A stretch of 60,601 nucleotides of DNA. Origin: Paraglomus brasilianum. Its lineage: Eukaryota. The position numbers were made by a program, and so were the translations under genes. The stretch spans positions 1 through 60,601 of the forward strand of contig CAJVPI010000075.1 of the NCBI GenBank assembly GCA_910592345.1, read 5' to 3'. The stretch's first letter is position 1. Every line of letters begins with the position of its first letter. This document shows positions 50,585 to 60,601 of this stretch, piece by piece. Below the pieces are notes generated by a model. The model saw only the letters and a program-made list of their open reading frames with translations, was not told the origin of the DNA and made no database searches.

Positions 50585-52569
50585 TTATATTTTGATTCCA
50601 ATCCCACTTTTCAAAAAATCACACCACAATAAATTTTTTGCACTCGGCCGTTCCTTTACGTCGACCACCAAACAACTTCTCAAGAACGCTTCGAATTCTT
50701 GTGACACGTTACTCGGTATTGGCGGAGTTCCAACTGTTTTGATCAATTCGACTACTCGTCGTTGGCCCAGTGGGAACCAAGGTGGATGACCGTCGAGCAG
50801 TTCGATTGCCGTAATGGCAAGAGACCATATGTCGATTTTGTTGTCGTAGGGTTTGTCGGAGAGAAGTTCCGGTGCCATCCAATAAAGAGTACCCAGTTTA
50901 AGGTGTGCTCGGGGGTGAAGCGAAATTGAGCCGAAGTCAGCTGATTGGACGAAAAAAGGGGGAAATGGTGTTATGATTATTCTTTATATATAGCATGCAT
51001 CACGTGTGATATGCTAGTATTTCAAATTTTTCCCCTGCTTACCTATTTTTATCTTGCCGTCCATAGTGACAAGAATGTTCTGTGCTTTAATATCTCGATG
51101 TATAAATCCTTGAGTATGGATATATTCCAACCCCTTGGCAACTTCCCTAATGACGTATGCAATCTCTTTTTCATTCATCTTGGATTCTTGTTTCTTACTC
51201 TTCACTTTTAACAAATTACCCCTCTCACAATACTCCATCAATATACATAAATCGTCTTGGTTTCTGCAATTACTATAAAACGACACTATATTCGGATGTC
51301 TCAAGACTCTCGATGCAAACACTTCAGCATACGTCAAATGTATTAACTTGGAAGACGTTATCGGCACAGCTTTAATAGCAATAACACGGTCGCTTCGCTT
51401 ATGCGTTGCTTTGTACACTTTGCCAACTCCTCCCGTGCTGATGTGAGTCAGATCATATGATTGGAGTGGATCCATGAGTGGTACTTCGTCATTGATACGT
51501 TTTGTGTAATACTCTGTTTGTTGAGAAAGGGATTTTTCGTCATACGTTGTATCTACAGATGATGAGGAGGAGTAGGAGAAGGAGGTGAGGCTAGAAGATG
51601 GCGGATGAGATAAGGAGGAGAGAGAGGAGGAGGAAGAGTATGTGCGCTGGAGACGAGCACTTGTAGGAATGTTTGTATTAGTCGCGTGGGTGTTATGTGC
51701 GTCATTAATGTCTTCTTTCGATTGTATGTAACTGTCATTTGCATCAAGGTTTAATCTTTGCATGTCATCAGCACAGACGTTTTCTCGCAAAGGTAACAGA
51801 GGTTCACTATTCTTTCGCTGTGACCTTCTTCGTTCTTTTATGCGATTTAATCGTTTCTGTGATCTCGAACTCTTTTTCGTTTCTATGCTTGAATCGGAAG
51901 AGTCGTCATATGCAACAAGAGTTGATGGTGATGGTGGGGTCGGGCGAGACAGTCTTCTCACTGGTGGTGCTTTGAGAATAGTCTCCATGTTGGTGAGTCT
52001 AGTCATGAATTGTCTGTTTTCTTCTTGCATTCTGTCAATGGTTGGCTGCGGTGGTGGAGGAGGTTGCGGCTCTTCTTGTTGTTGTTGTTGTGGTGGTGGT
52101 GGTGATGATGGTTGTGGTTGCGGTTGCAGTGGTTGTAGCAGTTCTAACTGTTGTATTAACATTGATAGGAATATACCGTATAGAGGTGATATTATATCGT
52201 CCGATTTGTAATGCTCAAGAGTTAAATTTATCTGAATGAAAGCAACATTGTTAGTATGCATATAAAAACCAATGATTCACCGTCAATGGGACATATATGC
52301 TCTTTGTGTATTCGTTTACTTACTATCAAATTCTTTAGATCAATTCTACGAATCAATTCGTATGCAGATGCATACACTACATGTGCTAGTAGAAGATTCC
52401 CCAACTCGGGCACCACGACGTTTACTACGGCTGAATAGCATACAGCCGGAAGTACCCAAGCGGTTTTCAATTTTTGCAACATCAGACTTATTCTTAATGG
52501 CCATGTTCCCTCTAAAGCTGTCGTTGACAGTAAAGAAGTTTCATTGTCTCGTTGGGCAGTATCTAACAT
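50585..52569 (-). CDS. STE20-like Ser/Thr kinase with long N-terminal extension
   Basis: STGGVGKVY, AIK, HRDIKAQNIL, DFG, GTLYWMAPE, DIWSLAITAIELLDGHPP. P/Q- and S-rich linker. The start exon is tentative. Confidence 0.88.
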
Positions 52570-53895
52570 AATTTGTAGCTGCGGATATTGAAGAAGAATG
52601 TTCTATGTAGGATGAATGAAAGCAATTCCAGTGCAATGTAAAGTACATAAGAATGAAGAAAAAAAAAGAGACTATAGTTTAATTGAAGAATGTATAAGAA
52701 AGGAGGGAAAAATCTCCGATGAATAAAAAATTATAATTTTACAACGAATATTGATACAGCATTAACACACATATATTATATATGTATTTGATGACTAGAA
52801 TTCTAAATATAAATATTTTTGTAGTTTGTAGTTTTATTTTATTCGACCAAAAGAAGGTCGAGAAATAAAGGAGAGAGAGCAGCAGTCGAATTCTAATATG
52901 TAATTTGAGATTTTGTTAAGGGGGGCCAGGTTGGACAAATATACAGTGAAACGGAACGAGTGGTTACTAAATGAGGAAAATAAAAGTTTACATTTGATGA
53001 ACGAGTAATATACGCCATATACGTAGATACGTAATAAACACTATTTACTATGCATGTCTAGTGCATTTGGGACTTGTGCCAACGTTAATGCCGCAGCATC
53101 TGTCATGCAAACAATGGCTCGAATACCTTTTTCATAAACGGGCCCCAGTACACATCCTCAATACGCAAACTCAAAATTGACAATTTACCGCATGGTTGTC
53201 AACGTGTGTTTGGTTTAGCTGCAGGTGTTTAAGCTCGCTGAATTGACTGAAAAGTAATGCCAAAGTGCACGCTGTCATATGAATTATGAATTAATGGTAA
53301 ACGGGTTGGCTAAAAAGTCCCAACTCTTATGATATTGTCATAGTCACATATGATCGTCATGGGTCTTGCCATATTAGTAATGAATATACAAACAAAAACT
53401 GCGCGACCAGCCACAGAACAATTGGTCGCCGCATCTAGGCCTTTTTTACCTTTCTATCGAAAAGCCTTGACTAATTCACTATTTTCTTTTTCGTCATTCG
53501 GCTTTTAAATGCATGCGCCCGCTCGAACGTATGATGTCTCTTTTAAACAATTTGGCTTTTAGATTTAAGGGTCTGGACACAATAAAACGTTGCACAGATT
53601 GAGTTTTTGTTACACACGGCTTGCATTCTTTTTTTTTTCTTTTACTTAACCTTTTTGAGCAAGTAACAACATAAACAATTGAGTTCTCGAGTTAAACCGA
53701 CACATTTTTTATTGCCCGTTTGCGATCAAGAGGTCGTGTACACTAGTCTCATGTTTGTACATACTTTTTTAAATTCAATAATAGTAAGAACCTTTCCCTA
53801 CCTAGCATTTTTGTCGTAAGAAGGGACTTGCGCTACACATTTCAAGACGTTTTATTTCTTTATCTAGCTTAGTGTGCCTACGTAGCATCCAAACG

Positions 53896-53965
53896 GCATT
53901 TCCCAGATTCTGCAAGTATCATGCCCCACAGCATTTCCCAGATTCTGCAAGTATCATGCCCCACA
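53896..53965. repeat. Perfect 35-bp tandem duplication
   Basis: gcatttcccagattctgcaagtatcatgccccaca occurs twice in tandem. Confidence 0.9.
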
Positions 53966-55633
53966 GTCTGCAAGCCAACATTCCGAAGGTTATCCCCTCA
54001 ACGCCAATTGCCATCCATTTGTCTAGTTCTCTAAAACCAGTTGCGTTCATTATCTGGGATGAACCAAATTTAGTCGGTTTTTTCGCTGATCCCGATCATA
54101 CTGATGTTGGTGGCAAACAAACAACAAAGCAGGTTGAAACTTCATTAGTCGTTGTGTGAATTGGGGCACAATCGTGCTGTTTTCCTCGACGTCGGAAAGC
54201 TCCATAATCCGACTTTGAGCTACCAAGATTAGCCATGTAATTCGCTAACATTGATGGTTTGTCGCCCTTTTTAAGAAAACAACTAGAGAGATTTGTGCGA
54301 GATTAGATTAGACAAGACAATGTCTGTTCAAATTTACTAACCCAATGCAAGTTCAATGTTCGATTAATGAACTTCTAAGATTATGCTCAAAACATCAACT
54401 TAATTACTCTGCAGGCAAATACGTTAGATATGGAAAGAGAATGCTCATTGATCTTCATAATACATATTACTAGATTAAGCACCACTCATTAGACATCTTG
54501 TTAATATCAATATTTACATAATTTCCTCGTTCTTCGTAAATGAAACTACTGCTTTTCACTTGACGTATACTTCCTAGGATTTATGCTATTGATTTTGAGA
54601 CGTATTCAACATTGATGACCTACGTATTTATGAACGTCACAAGCCGATGGATTGGTTTGTACACTAACATAGATGGTTGGTTTAGGCTTGATTACATCGT
54701 CATTGTTTTGATAGTATATGCATAAATGGCAAAAATTTTAGATATCAATGACCACACTATTAATAATTTCTTCAAAACTCATTCGTTACTGAATAAATTA
54801 GTCTATATCTATTCGAAAGCAATAATAGGCAGTACGGTAATTGGTATAATACATTACAGATCATGTGATATAATCTTATCGACAAAAGGAAAGTATTTTC
54901 AAAGCTAGTCTTTCAGCGTTTCGACATAAACTTACGATTTTTATTCTACAGTTTGTGATAAACATGGTATTTGCTGCTGCAATGAGATTAATAAAAGATA
55001 TTGGAGTTGGAATACCAAAAGTCTTGAACTAAAAGCTCTTAGTAGGTAACCAAAAACTGTAATTCCAATGAGTTTAAGAACAATCTTGCATGCTAAACTG
55101 TTAATGCTGCGAAGAATTTGAACTTCAATTCTCCATTCAAAATACCAACGGAATTTGTTTCGAGTTGGCAATCATGCCGTAAACGTAAATATTTTATTAG
55201 AATTATTTCCTGGTGCGCTCAGAAATTCTAATTGCGAATATGAAACAGATATTTATAACTTAAAGAGCGTATAAGGACGATTACTGGCCAACAGCTTGAT
55301 TACTTACTGCCGTTAGAATTGACATAAAATTAATCATAATTTAATATTGGAACATAACAACAACTTGACGTCGATCGTATATCACAAAGATGGATCATTG
55401 ATAATATTTGACGGGGAAACATGATTTCTTTTTGCTTATTAATAGTAGTAAGGATTTAAGGATCGGAAAATAGAAACAGCCTCGGGTCATACCGTATTGG
55501 CCGCTATACGTAAAATCGGAACCATGGTATCTCCATCGGATAAATCTGTTTATCCCTATCCAGTGACAATTCATACGTATATATATCTTGTACATTAGAG
55601 ACCCTGGATAATATCGAAATCACACACCTAAAA

Positions 55634-56812
55634 ATGACTGTTGCTGGTAAGATATAGTTAGACAGTGCATAGGATGTTAAATATTTTACAATATTGTTTA
55701 TCAGCAAAAGTTGACGCCCGCAAATGGTCATAATTCTAATCGTCTCGCTCGCTTATTGGTATAGATTCTGTTTCTATTGTAAGCAATGCTAGTGAACGCT
55801 CCACTACCCATAAACCATATATTATTGGTCACCGAGGAAGCACTAAATACCCCGAGAACACTGTCCTCGGAATAGAACAAACGATAGCTGATGGGGCAGA
55901 TGGAATAGAATTTGGTAAAAACCAATTTATTATAGTTAGAGTTAGCATACGCATATTAATATGTCTACAGAATATTGTGGCAATTCAGTGCAGCGTCCGT
56001 CTCCATTCTCTTAACCATATCTTTGTCGTTTCTTGCCAGATCTCCAACTGACCGCTGACAATCAAATAATTATTTGTCACGATGCAACTTTGGATCGAAC
56101 AACGACTGGTTCTGGACACATCTCCTCGGTTCCATATTACGGCGTAATCGAACACCTTAAAACGAAATCCAATCCACAATGTCCAATCCCTCGTATAGAA
56201 GACATTATAGATGTCATCATGAGACCCGAAAACTCGCATGTTTTTGCAGTACTAGATATCAAATTCAATAACAGTCCAACTATATTTGAAGTTCTCTCTC
56301 GTATACTACAAAAGCACAGCAATGGCGATCTATCGATATTTAAAACTCGCCTTTTTCTTGGCATATGGCGTTCATCGTCTCTACCTTATTGTCACACGTA
56401 TCTGCCACAGATACCAATTATGCATATTGGAGTGTCTCTTCAAATAGCAGAGACAAACTTTCCAGACGTAGCAGGATATAATCTTTTGTTCGTATCATTA
56501 TCGGGGTTATATGCACAGAAATTTATAGACAATGCCCGTGCAAATGGACAGTTGGTTTTTACGTGGGTAGTTAATCATAATAGCTTATACGGTGATTGCA
56601 GAAGATGGAGAGTGGACGGTGTGATGACTGACAAAACCGAGTCTCTTTTGAAATTGGATGCAGAGTGGGATGAAAACGAGAGCTTGTTGGGTCATATCGG
56701 GAGAATTATGAGAGCGTGTCTGTATACTGTTTGGAGCGTAATTGTTGAACGACGGGCAATCAACATAATGAATAGTCTTAAACTAGAGGAGAAAAGCGTG
56801 AAATCTATGTAA
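55634..56812 (+). CDS. Glycerophosphodiester phosphodiesterase-family protein (Pgc1-like phospholipase C)
   Basis: Spliced model MTVA|DS..IIGHRG..PENT..GADGIEF|DLQLTADNQIIICHDATLDRTT..LDIK..FTWVVN..VDGVMTD. Confidence 0.9.
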
Positions 56813-58396
56813 AGTTTTATGTTCACTGTATTTAACTAATAGAAAAGTTATTATTGTAATGTCAAAACGGCGTTGTATAATACAACCCAATTTGTAAACG
56901 TCATTTACATATAAATCACCTGATCGTTGACACGTTGCTTTAATATTAGCGTTTGTCTTCTTATTCTGTATATTAAGCATATTAATATGGAAGATCGAAA
57001 GAACTATTCCTTTAATAGGCGTTCTCACTGTGTGATAGTACTAACCACAAATAATAGTAGCCAATGCATTTGTCATTTACTAACCATTTTTACTTGGAAC
57101 GTTTGTACTTTTTGAATATATATGGTTAAGTAGATCGTTTAATATTTATTAGCTTGTAAGCAGGTTCGAATGATGCTCAGAATATGCCATTCTATTACAT
57201 ACAATTCCGACCTTTGGCTGTTGAATCAAAGTTTCTCCGCAATGCATTGTGAAATATCTTATCGCAAATCAGATATGCTTAGTAAGAATTACATTAAACG
57301 TGAGAGAAGTTGGATAGAGTATACTGCAAAATAGATTAATTACCACGATGCGATGCTGAAATCCAACATCATAATATGAAGCAGATCTTTCGTTCCAACA
57401 TGGCCTTCATTATTATGATTGCGTATGCTCAGTAGTCTCTTTCTTACAAACGTTGTAATGTAAGCCATTCTGAAAATGTTGACTGAATTGTTCTGACTTT
57501 GTGGTATCCGATACATTATAGTCAATAATTCAACAATGTGGGAATTTATTTCCCAAGCTATTTTAAAGTTCGACACTTTTATGGTCGTACGGCATATTCT
57601 TCAAATCGTCGTCGACATAAATGGACTAATTAGGACTAGTGCATAAAGTGTCGGAAAAAAGTGTCGGAATTAGAGTACCCAATTTATGTTTAAATGGACA
57701 AATGTTAATGTATTGCGGATCTAGTAATAAAAAACTTTCTTCTTAATATTAGACTCCTTTTTAGACTAGTGACTGGCGTACTGCAATATTATTGTACCTG
57801 CATTTAAAGTTATCTATGACGTTTTAGAGATCGATCGATCCTATGCAAGACCTTAAGCGGCTTATTGCAAGGAGACATTATCAATGTAATATTTCCATGC
57901 ATTCATTGTTAGAACTATGAATTTTAGTAATATATGACAATATTATTATTATGTATGAGGATATTATTTCCCCTTGTAATACATAACAACTAATAAGGGC
58001 GGAGATCGTTCCATTCAATCTCCATGTGAGCTCTTGCAATACATTCTCGTTCATGACTTTCACAAAGCAAAAAAGCTAATGCTTTCCCTACGCACCATTA
58101 ACCGCTATTGTAACTTGTCTATTGATATAATGGTTAAGTTCCTTCAATAAGACTACATTCAATTTCTATTTAAGCAGTATGGAGACCTTTTATTTAAAAA
58201 GCTTTTCTCCTTCTTTCCTTCTTTCTCGAGTCATAATAACGATACGACACGGTAGCTATTTAGGCTAACAAAGTCTCCATAAACAAACGCCAATACCTTT
58301 TTGTTGAATAGTGTATACAACTAATTATCAACCCGTAGTAAACTCTTGATATTTTTGTCTGGTCATCGATCCAAGCAACAAGACAATAACAACAAC

Positions 58397-59076
58397 ATGA
58401 TCAAGTATATAAACATGATAACCGTAGTTATTATTTTCAAGGCATACTCCATATTTGCCATAAACCCTCGACTTGTCGTGTCTACAATGAAGTAAGTATC
58501 TGACAATAGAACTACGTAATGCTAAGCAGCCGTAAGATTAATATTCTGAAGTGTCATATCAAACTATTGATTTTATATAAAAGCGTGTCATACGATATGC
58601 CGACACCTACGACAGCTGCATCGACTGCCTATTTAACCCAAGAAGTACCTCCGTCAAGGTAGCTATTTAGTCTATACACTTGATCTAAAAAATAGAGACT
58701 AGAATTACCCATACAAACATATAATGTAACGCTATAATAATAATACTATATACTTGCTTGATTTTATAATAGTTTATTACCGCCCACCGACTCAGCACAG
58801 TCGCAGCTCTCTTCGATCGTTGGGTCAGGTACAGATGAAAACCAGTATTTCAGCATTTCGAATATTACTCGAATAGTATTGGTTGTTGTTGCATTTATTA
58901 TCCTTTTATTACTAGTCGGCTTGGCACGCTTAATGTTTACATACAACAACGAAAATACACCATTTTATGTAAACATACAGTGCTTTTCCTGTGGTAACAA
59001 CTATAGTGACAATAGAGATAATGAAGTGTCCTATAATAGAACTGTGGGATCAACAACTAACAATTGCTATCATTAG
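58397..59076 (+). CDS. Small putative type I membrane protein (signal peptide, S/T/P-rich ectodomain, one TM)
   Basis: Three exons (58397-58491, 58584-58658, 58773-59076) join in frame. TM segment IVLVVVAFIILLLLVGLA. Confidence 0.6.
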
Positions 59077-60017
59077 AGAAATATAAAATAGAATATTGTT
59101 AGAACGCAGATGTGGTAGATATTATTGTGTATTTATAACATAATTAAAATTCAACAAAAATTTCTATTTTGCTACATTATATGTATTTATTGTGGCACAA
59201 TTACTTTTTCGTAATCATCATGATTGTCCGCGCGCGCAGTGGTTTCTCCATACAGTTCCAACACCTTATAATGGCTGTTGTTTCCATAGGTATGTAGATA
59301 GATAAGAACAGCTTTAACTGGACTTTGGCGAGTACCTTGTTGTGATACCGTGTCAGTTAAATTCAATTTACGTATTGCTGATTTTAGCCCTTATTTACGA
59401 AACAAGTTCAAGCATTGCGAGTTGAAGTTGAACGAGAGCATTACAAAATGCATTGCAAATTCGCACAATCCCAGTTTGGATGTTTTGGTTTTTTATTAAG
59501 GACAATATGAACTTACGCTTATTTACAAAGTGCAGTTACGATGCGGGTTTGCGAGAACGAATTGCGCAATCTCGGACTGTAAGTTTATAAAAATCTAACA
59601 CCAGTTTGTTCTGTTTCCAATTGCTATGGTTTATACAGAGTATCCATTGCCAGTTTAACGTTTTGTACGTTGTTATGGCAATCTAACTTCTCTAAGTGCT
59701 TAAACCTAACTTTTGGGCCACTTACTTTATCAGTCGCCTAAACGTGATATTTGCGTTTATTTAATATAGTGTGTTGTAACGAGCAGAATAAATTTTTGTC
59801 TTTACGAAAAACCTAGCTAGCCGCAAGAAGCAACAATTGAAGAATGATAAGATTGCACAAACAAAAAACTCCACCTAACATGATCACTAAAATGTTATAC
59901 TGTATCTATGCCTAACCGAATTCAATAGCAATACTAGAAACGTAACAGTGCAAGGTAACACAATAATTGTTGAGAATGATCTCTCTCTCTCCGTGAAAAA
60001 GTTTTTTATTCAAAACC

Positions 60018-60601
60018 ATGTCGTTAATTAAGGACATTCAACATCCAGTAATTGACAACTTGATCGCAACTAGTAAAAGAACTCTTGAATGGATTCCTTA
60101 CTCGCAAATTAACGACATAGAGTCAAGTCAAACTGACAACCTCTATTACGCTATTCACAGGCATATTAATGATGGTAGAGTTTATAAAGACAGGATAACG
60201 TTACTATCACTTGGAAGTAGCGAAGAATGTACACCAACTTCCGTGAGTGAGTTTGCCAGAATATACTCACTTCCGACAGACGAGTACAATGACGACATCA
60301 GTCAGTTCAGAAGATATGCCAAATGGCTTAATCGTCGCAACAGCATGATAAAAGGATTTACCAAGTCTAATGACAAGTATCGCAACAAACTCATTAAAAT
60401 GTTTACCAAGTCTAAAGCTAATTATTACATGGTTGCCGATAGAAAGTTTTACGATTGTTATTCTCGATATGGCTTCTGCGCCGCATGTGGAATACTCCGA
60501 TGTAGTTCCATGTGGTGCATTTGCGGACATAAACAATTATCCGATGGATGGACTAGCAACAATAAGCAACTCGATGAGTTTATTAAGAAATCTCAATTAC
60601 A
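60018..60601 (+). CDS. 5' part of a TKL-like kinase-family protein (runs off the window)
   Basis: Open frame to the window end with IDNLI..LEWIPYSQI, CAACG..WCIC and WTSNNKQLDEFIKKSQL. These motifs precede kinase domains in expanded Mucoromycota TKL families. Confidence 0.75.
   Translation, partial: MSLIKDIQHPVIDNLIATSKRTLEWIPYSQINDIESSQTDNLYYAIHRHINDGRVYKDRITLLSLGSSEECTPTSVSEFARIYSLPTDEYNDDISQFRRYAKWLNRRNSMIKGFTKSNDKYRNKLIKMFTKSKANYYMVADRKFYDCYSRYGFCAACGILRCSSMWCICGHKQLSDGWTSNNKQLDEFIKKSQL

Noticed and set aside
51762..52239. Poly-Cys/Gly and poly-Val ORFs
   Set aside because: Antisense of the kinase P/Q tract.
53896..53965. CRISPR-like 35-bp repeat
   Set aside because: Two adjacent copies with no spacer, no cas genes, and a eukaryotic context.

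Overview
Eukaryotic, AT-rich, intron-rich fungal DNA, most likely from Mucoromycota (Glomeromycotina or Endogonales), judged from gene content, short spliceosomal introns and a WTSxNxxxDEFI kinase-family ORF. The first ~5 kb is a cluster of decayed transposons: an intron-containing Ginger-like integrase, an internally deleted Tc1 and MITEs. A block of conserved genes follows (ADA2, YOP1, CLF1, MBF1, MIX23, a CBS-domain protein, a TUG/UBX protein, PEP7/VAC1, YAF9). After that comes a gene-sparse region with a secreted beta-rich protein, two tandem GPI-type chitin deacetylases, a STE20-like kinase, a GDPD phospholipase, a small membrane protein and the start of a TKL-like kinase gene. The standout is the intronless 654-aa ORF at 17367-19331. 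It fuses an N-terminal GRF zinc finger and a long C-terminal coiled coil to a near-complete proteobacterial-type YbaB/EbfC nucleoid-associated domain, a candidate horizontally acquired (possibly endosymbiont-derived) module in a fungal nuclear gene. All exon models and family assignments were made by eye and from memory, without database searches.
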